Source of the DNA: Octopus sinensis
Lineage: Eukaryota
Direction: 5' to 3'
NCBI RefSeq assembly: GCF_006345805.1
Contig: NC_043015.1
Location: 51,274,001 to 51,338,000, forward strand
Length of the DNA: 64,000 nt
Shown here in pieces: positions 37,315 to 49,430 of this stretch (positions within the stretch are counted from its first letter, which is position 1; each line of letters begins with the position of its first letter). The translations under genes and the position numbers were made by a program. The notes beneath the pieces were generated by a model. It was not told where the DNA came from and searched no databases. It was given only the letters and a program-made list of their open reading frames with translations.

Positions 37315-37720
37315 ACAGATTAGATTTCTAATGTATGGATCAGCCAGTTAGTTTCTCTTTCTGAAAATCCCAGTTTATCCAGATTCTCCTTTAAGCACTT
37401 ACTAACAAAACCTAGTGCTCCAATTATTATTGGTATGAATATGAATTCATAGTCTGGATATAGAAGCTGGAGGATTTCAAAGCAGTTGTCCATAGATACC
37501 CTATTTTTCTTTGATTTTTCAAAGAGATATTTATATCTACAGGGCAGCTGACCTCGATGATAGTACATACCTTTGCCCCACTGTCCCAAACAATATCCAG
37601 CTTGTTATGTTTACATTTGACAGAAGTTTTGATGGGAATATTCCACCGGTTTTCCTTGAGTTGGTGTTTATGAATGTATTCCATAACAGAGGGATTTTCC
37701 AAGTTTATTTCAGGACAGTC
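37315..37720 (-). mobile_element. R4/Dong-type 3' fragment, diverged copy 3
   Basis: WNIPIKTSVKCKHNKLDIVWD...IIEVSCPVDINI and LQLLYPDYEFIFIPIIIGALG. Confidence 0.82.
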
Positions 37721-38097
37721 TTTGTGTGCATATGTATGTATGTGTGTGTGAGTATTTTTTTGTGATACACAGCAGAAATACTGCATGTGAACAACTGTTG
37801 TCAACTTTTCCCTCGGCCCCTTAAGCTTTCAGGTTACTCTGTCATGTGCAATGCTTATATATTCACATTGTTTTGAATCAATCATGCATTATCTCATAGA
37901 GTTGAGAGTCTAATGATGTGATCGTTTATTTTTAAAAATGACATTGTAGGATAGGTGTGATAAGCGAGATCTTGCTGGTTTGAAGATAAAACAGGTAGAA
38001 TATTTTGCCATGATACTTAAAGGTTTAACCCTTTTCTTACCAACCTGGCTGAAACTGCCTCAGGCTCCGTAGTACAAATGTCTTGTTTCCAACTCTC

Positions 38098-38510
38098 TCT
38101 CTCTTTACTCTTTTACTTGTTTCAGTCATTTGACTGCGGCCATGCTGGAGCACTGCCTTTTAGTCGAGTGAATCGACCCCAGGACTTATTCTTTGTAAGC
38201 CTAGTACTTATTCTATCAGTCTCTTTTGCTGAACCGCTAAGTTACGGGGACGTAAACACACCACCGTCGGTTGTCAAGCGATGTTGGGGGTCAAACACAG
38301 ACACACAAATATATACACACGCATACATATATATATACATATATACAACGGGCTTCTTCCAGTTTCCGTTGACCAAATTCACTCACAAGGCTTTGGTCGG
38401 CCCAAGGCTATAGTAGATGACACTTGCCCAAGGTGCCATGCAGTGGGACTGAACCCGGAACCATGTGATTGGTAAGGAAGCTACTTAACACACAGCCACT
38501 CCTGTGCCTC
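38098..38510 (-). mobile_element. Family A SINE, full length
   Basis: Head to tail in reverse. Further copies at 23385-23530(-), 31300-31460(-), 47700-48105(+), 49625-50035(+), 51620-51765(+), 59905-60215(+), 60355-60780(+) and 61860-62235(-). Confidence 0.9.
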
Positions 38511-38898
38511 TGACTTTTCAGATGATGCAAAACTTGCCACCATTATATACTAAGAAGGGCAGCGAGCTGGCAGAAATGTTAGCATGCTGGGCAAAATGCT
38601 TAGCAGTATTTTGTCTGGGTTTACGTTCTGAGTTCAAATTCTGCCAAGGTCGACTTTGCCTTTCATCTTTACTGGGTTAATAAATTAAGTACCAGCTGCA
38701 TACTTGGGTCGATCTAATCGACTGGAATCCTCCCCTAAAATTTCGGGCTTTGTGCCTAGAGTAGAAAAGATTATATACTTAGAAGATATTTTAACTATTT
38801 TTTTTTGTTTTTTATGTGTGCATGGTTGTCTCATTTTCATAAAATGTGCTCAGCAGTCCATGCTATGCAAGTGCAAGTCCCACCGCTTTATGGGTTGA

Positions 38899-39402
38899 CT
38901 GTATTTCCAAACCCCTAATTGTCTAGTTTCTCTGTCTGGCAGTGGTGATCTGCTTGGAATGGTTTAGCATTCGATTTCAACACAACATTGGCATTTAATA
39001 GTTTGGTACTTCAATCTGTTGACCAGAGGAATTTCAAACCAAAGTTAGTTCCAGCAGAATTGAAACACAGCAATGTATAATTCCACACATTCACTTCATA
39101 ATGTCAAAATATTTCATCTGTAACTGTATTTCCAAACCCCTAACTGTCTAGGTTCTCTGTCTGGCAGTGGTGATCTTATTTAATTCAGTCAAAGGGTCGT
39201 CTGTTTGGAATGGTTTAGCATTCGATTTCAAAACAACATTGGCATTTAATAGTTTGGTGTTTCAATCTGTTGACCAGAGGAATTTGAAACCAAAGTTTAA
39301 TTCCAGCAGGGTGTCCGAGACTCAGCAATGTATGGCACCGGACCCAGACATAATGCTTCAGAGGTGTAAAATTATTTCATTTTACCATAGTATTTCCAAA
39401 CC
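38899..39402. repeat. Diverged tandem duplication (units of about 225 and 265 bp plus a third start)
   Basis: ctgtatttccaaacccctaa...ttgaccagaggaattt...ttccagcag at 38899 and 39124; gtatttccaaacc again at 39390. Confidence 0.88.
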
Positions 39403-39429
39403 TTTATTATCATTATTATTATTATTATT

Positions 39430-39488
<59 letters not shown>

Positions 39489-39561
39489 TATTATTATTAT
39501 TATCATTATTATTACTATATTATTATTATTATTATTATCATTATTATTACTATTATTATTA

Positions 39562-39598
<37 letters not shown>

Positions 39599-39692
39599 TA
39601 TTAATATTATTATTATTATTATTATTATTATTATCATTATTCAGTCTAAACAATACACACATGCACACAGCAACACATAAACACACGCGCAT

Positions 39693-39745
<53 letters not shown>

Positions 39746-40179
39746 TACACACCCATACCTGCGCGCACACCCACACACACACACACCCACCAGGTTCTCC
39801 AATATTCTCCGTTTAATGTGGTAATTTGTCTCTGTCATATTTTTCTTCATCCTCCTTTAAATGAGACATGTTCAATTACATTTCCTCTCTAATTTCTCGT
39901 CAGGAAATCACTGTTCTCAGTAAAAGATGCTGGACATTTTTCTCGGCTCTTTTAATGTGATTAAAATATTGTACAGTCAATTCATTGTTACACTCACCAA
40001 ACAAATGACTTTCTGCCATCATTTTCTCTCCTCCTCCTCCCCTCTTCCTCCTCCTCCTCCTCCTCCTCCTCTCTTCCTCCTCCTCCTCTCTTTCTCCTCC
40101 TCCCCTTTTTACTTTTGCTTTTCTGTTCTTATCTCCAATATATTTTCCATTCCCTTCATTTCTTTTCTCTTATATATAT

Positions 40180-40749
40180 GTAGGTATGTATGTATGTATG
40201 TATGTATGTATGTATGTATGTATGTATGTATGTATGTATGTACGTGTGTGCGTATGTATGTATGTATGTATGTATGTATGTATGTATGTATGTATGTACG
40301 TGTGTGCGTATGTATGTATGCATGTATGTATGTATGTATGTATGTATGTATGTATGTACGTGTGTGCGTATGTATGTATGCATGTATGTATGTATGTATG
40401 TATGTATGCGTGTATGTGTGTGTACGTATGTTTATATATATATGTGTGTGTGTGTGTGTGTGATTTGAGTGATTTTGTCAAGTTACACAATTAATCATTA
40501 TGAAAGACCCAGAAAAACAAAAGCGCCATTATACCATTACATCATTTTATACATACACACGCGTATATTTGTGCGTATGTATATAATATATAGATATCTA
40601 ATATATGCATATATATATACATACATATATATATACATGTGTGTATGTATAAGTGTTTATATATATATATGTATATAGGTATATATATACACATGCAATA
40701 TATATGTATGTATATATGTGTGTGTATATATATATATGTATATATATAT

Positions 40750-40784
<35 letters not shown>

Positions 40785-41102
40785 TTATATATGTATGTAT
40801 ATATATATTTATATATTTATATTTATATATATGTAGTATATATATATTTATATATTTATATTATATATATGTATATATATGTATGTATATGTATATATAA
40901 ATATGTATGTTATATATATATATATCTACATATATGTTATATATATGTATATATATAAATATGTATGTATATATATATATATATCTACATATATGTTATA
41001 TATATGTATATATATAAATATGTATGTTATATATATATATTATCTACATATATGTTATATATATGTATATATATAATATATATACATATATATATATATT
41101 TA

Positions 41103-41133
<31 letters not shown>

Positions 41134-41219
41134 CATATATGTTATATATATATATACATATATATATGTTATATATATATATATGTTTTATATATATACA
41201 TATATATATGTTTTATATA

Positions 41220-41254
<35 letters not shown>

Positions 41255-41298
41255 GTTTTATATATATAATATATATACATATATATATATATGTTTTA

Positions 41299-41333
<35 letters not shown>

Positions 41334-41379
41334 GTTTTATATATATATAATATATATATACATATATATATATATATGT

Positions 41380-41413
<34 letters not shown>

Positions 41414-41493
41414 TGTTATATATATATATATACATATATATATGTTATATATATATATATGTTATATATATACATATATATATGTTTTATATA

Positions 41494-41528
<35 letters not shown>

Positions 41529-41532
41529 GTTT

Positions 41533-41565
<33 letters not shown>

Positions 41566-41650
41566 GTTTTATATATATATATATATATAATATATATATA
41601 TATGTTTTATATATATATAATATATATATGTATATATATATGTATGTATG
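40180..41650. repeat. (TATG)n followed by an about 1-kb compound (TA)n array
   Basis: Direct inspection. Confidence 0.95.
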
Positions 41651-42712
41651 TATATTCAACTGAAATTACATTCAAGGATTATTTTTGATATATTTCAAGT
41701 AGAATTAATGTATTTTACATGACTACTTTCTGTGTTCTTTTTTTTGTTTTTTGCTATATTTATTTTGCATTATATTTTGTTTATTTACTCTTGGTGGGGT
41801 AGGAGGAGGAGGAGGGCGGCGCCATTGTTAAAAGCCATTCATCCCATATGATTAATTTCAGATCGAGTATTGTTTTAATCAACTGCAAATAGATATTGCA
41901 TCAATTGTTTAGTTAGTCCAGCTACAGAAAGACTGCGAGTTCAAATCATCCGTGTCCCTTCCATTTGCCCAGTCCACTAATGGACGCATGTCAGTGGGCT
42001 CGGAGGTAAGAAGCTTGCTTCTCAATATCATGGTTCACAGGTTCAGTCCCTGCATCTTTAAATGACATCTAAAAGAACTCTCATCAGAAAGGGCCTCAAG
42101 CCCTTAAAGCACTGCCCCAGAAAATCTGTCATGGATGAGTAAGAGCTCTGTGGAGTCCTAAGACCCAAAGGGTCAGTTAATTGGTTTATGTAGCAGATAA
42201 GTGACTGTAATCGCAAAGATCCCCGTGGACGGAACACCTGTCAGTCACAGGGTTTCTCTTTTACAGCTAAGTGGACTGGGCCAGCATGAAATGAAGGGTT
42301 TTGCTCAAGGCACAAAAGTCACCACCTGGGCCAGGGATCGAAAGCATAATCTTATAATCAAGAGTGCAACACCTGAACCACTTGGTCATGCACCTTCGCA
42401 CCTACATGGACAACTGAATGGGAAACGCTGATGAAGCCTTTTCATCTGTTTTCGAATAGCATCCATACCAGAAATTATTGATAGACAGACAGACAGATAG
42501 ATAGGTAGATTGGTAGATAAGTAGGTAGGTAGATGGATGGATGGTTTTGGGTAGGTAGGTAGGTAGATAGATAGATAGGTAGGTATGTTAGTAGACAGAC
42601 AGACATATAGATAGATAGGTAGGTAAGTAGGTAGGTAGATAGGTTGGTAGGTAGGAAGGTAGATAGATAAATAGATCGATACATATACAGGTAGGTTAGT
42701 AGATAGACAGAC

Positions 42713-42745
<33 letters not shown>

Positions 42746-42747
42746 AG

Positions 42748-43415
42748 TTTTTTTATTGGCCACACAGGGTTGAACACAGAGGGATAAAATACAAAGTAGA
42801 GCTTTGCTGTTTGGGAAGAAGAGAAGAAAAAAGATGGGTCGAATTCCGATCAAAAGGAATTGTGAAAGGAAAAAAAGGGAGGGCAATCAAAAGGGATCAT
42901 GTATCACAGAAATGTGAATGTAAAAAGGGAAAACAGATTAGGTTTATCTGTGGAAAGAAAAACCTACGGAAAAGACCATGGGAACCTTGGGCAATAGTGT
43001 CATGCAAAAAAACATTACATTAAGTGGTTCTCTTTTTTCCTTTCTTTTTTTGGGTTCATAGGATTATGCTCAAGCTGGTTCCGTCGTTCACACGTGCCAT
43101 CCTTGCTACATTCACCCATCTTTTAATTGAAACATTCACTAGACAAAATTTTCCTCTCTACTCTCACCTTCCTCTTCAAGTGATACTTGAAAAAGTTGAT
43201 GAGAGATTGACCAGAGAGGAAAGTGTTTGTCTCTAGACCTTTCAGGTGCGTCCACCATACACATACTTTCGCCATAGTCACAAGTATAATGAAAATGGCT
43301 CTTCCTTCTCGTTTCAAGAAAGGAGGCATGACAATACTTACAATAGGCTCTGTTGATAAGCTGACTTGTCCCACACACGATAGCAGTCGTTTGACATAGG
43401 CCCACAGGTCGGAAA
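42748..43415 (-). mobile_element. L1-clade (Tx1-like) LINE 3' fragment
   Basis: LWAYVKRLLSCVGQ...LVTMAKVCVWWTHLKG...LINFFKYHLKRKVRVERKILS resembles the Tx1 ORF2 C-terminus (AK..IW..R). It is followed by a pyrimidine-rich 3' UTR ending tgtggccaataaaaaa. Confidence 0.65.
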
Positions 43416-43439
43416 GATAGATATGCTTGTAGATAAGTT

Positions 43440-43484
<45 letters not shown>

Positions 43485-43525
43485 GTAAGTAGGTAGGTAG
43501 ATAGATAGATAGGTAAGTAGGTAGG

Positions 43526-43556
<31 letters not shown>

Positions 43557-43979
43557 ATAGGTAGATAGATAGATAAATAGATAGATAGATAGATAGTTTG
43601 ATAGATTGACAGTCAGACAGATAGATAGATAGATAGATAGGTAAGTAGGTAGGTAGGTAGATAGATAGATAGATAGATAGAAATATTAGAATTGACATCT
43701 TCTTGGTGCACAATTTTATTCATATTTTCAAGTTTTCTTTACTGCTTTTTGCCAACACAAACCGCTTATAGTTTCTTTTGAACTCTGTCTCTTTTTATAT
43801 GAAATATATTTTTGTTGATATTGTATCTTGCTTGATCTTTAATTACATCCTCAATAGTTTTATTTCTGTTTACTTTATATAATAACGCTCTTACATCATG
43901 TTTTACAACCTGTATCATCTTGCATTCAGAATTACGGCTGTAATGGAGATTTGGCTGTTAATTCCTGCAAATCATGTGG

Positions 43980-44100
43980 CTGGTTAGAGGCTAATTGTCT
44001 ATACCTGTCATGGGCACCTTGCAACCCATTTGAACTTTCTGAATAGCTCCAAGGGCTGCAAGTTGTCTATGACAGGTATAGACAATTAGTCTCTAACCAG
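43980..44100. other. 121-bp foldback (48-nt arms, 25-nt spacer)
   Basis: ctggttagaggctaattgtctatacctgtcatgggcaccttgcaaccc pairs with gggctgcaagttgtctatgacaggtatagacaattagtctctaaccag, with 5 non-Watson-Crick positions. Confidence 0.92.
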
Positions 44101-45428
44101 AAAATTACCTAACAGAAGGCAAAGGTGCATGGCTCAGTGGTTAGGGCATTCAGCTGACGATTGTAAGGTCATGAGTTCAATTCCCGGCAAAGCGTTGTGT
44201 CCTTGGGCAAGACACTTTATTTCACGTTGCTCCAGTCCACTCAGCTGGCAAAAATGAGTTGTACCTATATTTCAAAGGGTCAGCCTTGTCACACTCTGTG
44301 TCATGCTGAATCTTCCTGAGAACTACGTTAGGGGTACACGTGTCTGTGGATTGCTCAGTCACTTGCACATTAATTTCACAAGCAAGCTGTTCCATTGATC
44401 GTATCAACTGGGACCCTCGTTGTCGTAATCGACGGAGTGCTCTCACTCTCGCCTAACAGAAAATTACCTTGAAATTTTGTTCTAATCATGTGACCTTGCC
44501 TGGTGATGCATTATGTCTCATATGACCTGCTTTTCACAGAAGATTGCCCAAGCCTGGTCGGTTATGTTATGCTGCTGTATTCCATGCAGTCAACCAGTTT
44601 GTTGGTGTGGTGTATGGTCCTCAGATGTAGACATAGTATTTCTTGTACAAAAGACCTGACCTGCAGATCACACCTAACCATTCACACTGTGTGATAGTTG
44701 TAAACGAGTGCCACTGTCATATAAGAGGTGTCTTTCATTTCCAAACTCCCATGGAAATACATCTGGCCATGGGGGTGGGGGGGAAATATTACCTTACTTG
44801 AAAACAGTTGAAGGTTGGTGACAGGAAGAGCATCTGAAAAACAGCTTCAACAAATTCTGCCCAACCCAGGCAAGCATGGAAAAGTGAATATTAAATAATG
44901 ATGATGATGGTGACGACAATGATGACAGCAATGACAGTGAAGATGGCATAGCAAAATCTACAGCCACAAATGCATATATTATATATTCTATATTCTCTAA
45001 TAATAGTTTTAAATTGTGGCACAGTGCTAGTGGGGTTTTGACGGGGTGGGGGGAGGTGTGCGGGGTGATGAAAGGGGCTGTCAATTACATTGACCCTAGT
45101 ACTTCACTGGTACTTATTTCATCGACCCTGAAAGGAGAAAAGGCCAAGTTGACCTTGGCCAGATTTGAACTCAGAAGGTAAACTCGGATGAAACGCTGCT
45201 AAGCATGTTATCCAGTAGGTATGTGATTCTGCCATCTGACCGCTTTAGTCTTTTCTAATAATGGTTTCAAATTTTTGCATGGCGCCAGCAGCTTGGTAGG
45301 GAGGGTGCAGTAATATACATTCACCCCAGTGTGTGACTGGTACTTATTTTATCAACCCTGAAAGGATGAAAGGCAGATTCAACTTCAGCCGAATTTGAAC
45401 TCAGATGATACAGATAAACAAAATGATG

Positions 45429-45986
45429 ATCATCATCATTGTTCGACCGTGGTCGAGACAATGGAATTTACCATGCTATGCCAGACTTCACGGTCCATCA
45501 TAGCATTACGGAGGTCCTGTTGCTGGATGCCTGTATCCCTGGAGATTACATCAGGGTAGGAGAGTGTGCGTCCTCTGGTATTGTGAGTAGATGGCTTCCA
45601 GAGGAGAAGAGTAGAAATTGCCTCGTTTTCAGCTCTACAACAATGTCCAGCAAACTGGACTTCCTACCTTTCACAAGAGATGACACAGGTGGTAGTTTCC
45701 CATATATTTGCATTTCTAACTAGAAAGAGTATGGCCTGGTCAGCCTGTAATGATATGCATAAGATCTGGTCATCAAATCTAAGTAGAGACGTCAAACTTA
45801 AAATCTTCAAAGCCACAGTCAAACCAATTCTACTATATGGCTCAGAAACCTGGATGTTATCAAAGAAGCTTGAGAGGCGGTAGGAGAGGAACCTACACTC
45901 GCCTCCTTATGAGAGCTCAAAATCTCTCGTGGAAGTGTCATCCAACCAAAATGCAAATATATGGGAAACTACCACCTGTGTCATCT
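45429..45986 (-). mobile_element. RTE-clade LINE insertion with 5' inversion and 12-bp TSD
   Basis: 45429-45715 (minus) encodes QIYGKLPPVSSLVKGRK.QFAGHC...RGRTLSYPD...MMDREVW and ends in (TGA)n. 45713-45986 (plus) encodes FLTRKSMAWSACN...KIW...ILLYGSETW. TSD aacaaaatgatg at 45417-45428 and 45987-45998. Confidence 0.88.
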
Positions 45987-46872
45987 AACAAAATGATGTT
46001 GAGCATTTTGTCCAGCATGCTAACAGTTCAGCCATTTCACTGCTTTAATGTCTTCTCTAATAATTAAAACGGACTAATTTCCTAGTTACAAGACCAGTGA
46101 TTGTACGACACTGTATTTTCTATTTGTTACAATTTAGATAAACTGTTGCTTTGCCTGGTGATGAGTACCTACCACTGAGGAGACCCCATACATATCAAAA
46201 CCATGGGTAATGGTGGTCTTGAAGCTAAGGCAGCAAGAGTTATCTCCCACTTGAAATAAATATCATTTGCGAGAAGTGCACTAAATAAACCAGCTGGAGG
46301 AGATGTATACCTGGGGTTAAATGGCAATATTGTTATCTCTTAAAGTGGCCATAAGCAACGATTATATTGTCTTCTATAAAATATTATAATGTCTTCCATA
46401 CTAATTAAATATATTCTTTTCCGAAATATTTTTCTCATATTAATCTTATTTCTGTTTATTATTTATAATTGCTTCAATGCTGAGTTAAGATTTGTTTTTC
46501 TTTGCTCCATTGTCATATAACAGTGACGTAAATTCGAAAAAGTGTGAATAAGAAACAACTTGACCCTGTGCCATCTTTTTTTATTTATTTTGGTGAGGCT
46601 GAAGATTTGTTGTTTTTAGGAAATATTCTCAACTAAATGTTGTTTTAGCGAGTGCTCTTATAATTTTCGTAGACACATGGAAAAGTTTAGCCAGAATACA
46701 CTAGAATACACAGATATTTCATACTTTCACTGCCTGACTGACCTTAATTGTGCACAATTGCAACAATAAAAGCTACGGTCATCATAAATAATGCTTATTT
46801 CCTGTGCCAGCTTTTCTTTTAAGAATTTAAAATTTTCACATAGTTTAGGAGTTTATTTGATGACTAATGCAG

Positions 46873-47263
46873 ATATATAAAGCTGAAGTTGTCTGTGTGT
46901 GGCAGGTTTGGTAGGCTTCAACAAACGCTATCTCCTCCAAGACCCTGCAGCGCAAGTTGACCAAAATTGAGAGTATGATAGAAGAAGGCTTGCTCTTCAT
47001 TCCATATAAGAAAAAATTCAAATCAGACCATGTTAAGATGAAAAATTATTTACATCAAAAAGGTGCTTTTTTCCTATGAAAATTCCTATTTCTTACAATT
47101 TTTTGACTGCTGTATTGCCATTTTTTGGTGTATTTCAACCAGAAAAATGTTCACTTAAAGAGAATAACAAGCTACATAATACAAAATTTTTACTTTTCAA
47201 AAATTCCAATTCTAAAGGGTCGAAAAGAAAACAAACCCGAGCAACACCAGGCAATACTGCTGA
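46873..47263 (+). mobile_element. Non-autonomous Helitron-like element
   Basis: 5' atatataaagctgaagttgtctgtgtgtg; 3' cccgagcaacaccagg hairpin-like motif followed by caatactgctga (degenerate CTAG end). Confidence 0.55.
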
Positions 47264-49039
47264 TACAGATATATTTTCTGGTGCTCTAGATCAGGGGGTG
47301 TATAGCACGTCATAAGTTCTGTGAAAGTGTGTGACCTAGTGGTTAGGATGTTGCACTCGCAACTGTGGGATCGTGATTTCAATTCCCACACTGCCTGTGC
47401 ATTGTGTTCTTGAGCAAAATCCCTTCATTTCACATTGCTCCAATCCACTCAGCTGTAAATGGTTAACCCTGTGATTAACTGGCTTACACGGGTGAGATGG
47501 TGACTCAGGAAAATCACCCAAATGGAGGTCTCACAAGCCATGTTACACAATTCAGCAATAGAAAGGGTGAATAATACAACTCTTACTATGAATCCTGATT
47601 GATTGGGATTGATGGGGATTGGTTGTTTAATCTTGTTGAAGGATGAATGAATGATTAAGCTCGGTAATTTAAAAAAAAAAAAATGATGTAATTTTTTTAG
47701 CAGGAGTGGCTGTGTGGTAAGTAGCTTGCTTACCAACCACATGGTTCCCGGCAAGTGTTTTCAACTATAGCCTCGGGCCGACCAAAGCCTTGTGAGTGGA
47801 TTTGGTAGACGGAAACTGAAAAAAGCCCGTTGTATATATATGTGTGGGTGTGTGTTTGTGTGTCTGAGTTTGTCCCCCCACCATCGCTTGACAACCGACG
47901 TTGGTGTGTTCACGTCCTCGTAACTTAGCGGTTTGGCAAAAGAGACCAATGGAATAAGTACTAGGCTTACAAAGAATAAGTACTGGGGTTGATTTGTTCG
48001 ACTAAAGGTGGTGCTCCAGCAGGGCCACAGTCAATGGGTACTGGCATTGGCCACGTTCAGATGGTGCAAATGACTGAACCAAGTAAAAGAATAAAAGGAA
48101 TAAAAGAATTAAAATCATGTTTAGTCTGCCTCCTTCTTTTGGGTACATTATATTCAGAACCATCCTTTGTTCTGTTTCTCTTCAGTTATAGAGGCCATTT
48201 TAAGGCCTCGGCTTTGCAAATTACAATGTAATTATTAGTGATGGTGCCAAAAACGGAAAAAAAAAACCCCCATAAAAATCACCAAGTTCTCTCTGTAATG
48301 GAGTTGATGCTGTAGAAACAATTCCAAAGTAGACATCAGTCCATGATGCAGTCGTTCGGACTCGTGCGATCCTGTCAAATGGACCAACCCATGTCAACAT
48401 GGAAGCCAGATATTAAATGACAGTGATGAATTACGTCATCTCATATTTCCTCTCCTTTCAAGATGTTATGCTATACTTTGATAGAGATTTGACTGCCATT
48501 TCTGTTCACTCAAACAACCCCATATAAGTACCCCCTTTTATCTTGGTCTAGAGTACCCTGTATTCAGCTCATGATCACAAGGTCATGAGTTCAATTTCCA
48601 GTGATGCATTATATCCTTGAGCAAGACACTTATATTACTCCGGTTCATTTAACTGGTAAAAATGAATTGTACCTGTAATTCAAACGGGGCCAGCCTTGTC
48701 ACACTCTGTGTCACATTCAATCTTCCTGAGAACTACATTAAAGGTACACGTGTCTGTGGAGCACTCAGCCACTTGCATGTTAATTTCATGAGCAGGCTGT
48801 TTATGAAATTAATATTTATCTGTTTAATTATCATCAATGTTGTTGTCACCAAAGACTGAATCTTTGGATTTGCTTCTGCCACAATCCATGCAGTAATCTC
48901 TTTTAATCCCCCTTCAGGCATTCTTTTAGTTGTAGCTTAAACCTCGGAGCACTATAAACAGAAAATTGAAAATAAAAAAGAAAATTAATAAAAAGTATAA
49001 TCATAATCATCATCATCATTATCATCATTGTCATCATCA

Positions 49040-49430
49040 TCATCATTTAACATCCGTTTTCCATGCTGGCATGGGTTGGATGGTTTGATAGGTCTGGAGA
49101 ACCAACGGCTGCATCAAGCTCCCATCTGATCTAGCAATGCTTCTACAGCTGCATGCCCTTCCTAATGCCGACCACTCTGAGAGTGTAGTGGGTGCTTTTT
49201 ATGTGCCACCAGCACAGGAGCCAGTCAGGTGGTCCTGGCATTGATCACGTTCAGATAGTGCTTTTTATGTGCCACCAGCACGGAAGCCAGTCAATGGGTA
49301 CTGGCATTGGCCACGTTTGGATGGTGCTTTTTATGTGCCACCAGCATGGGAGCCAGTCAGTGGATACTGGCATTGGCCATGTTCGAATGGTGCTTTTTAT
49401 GTGCCACTGGCACAGGAGCCAGTCAGTGTG
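49040..49430 (-). mobile_element. Family D copy (four 66-bp monomers)
   Basis: Monomer starts at 49192, 49258, 49324 and 49390. Other copies at 30715-30830(-), 51770-52030(+), 61165-61510(+) and 62365-62510(-). Confidence 0.85.
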
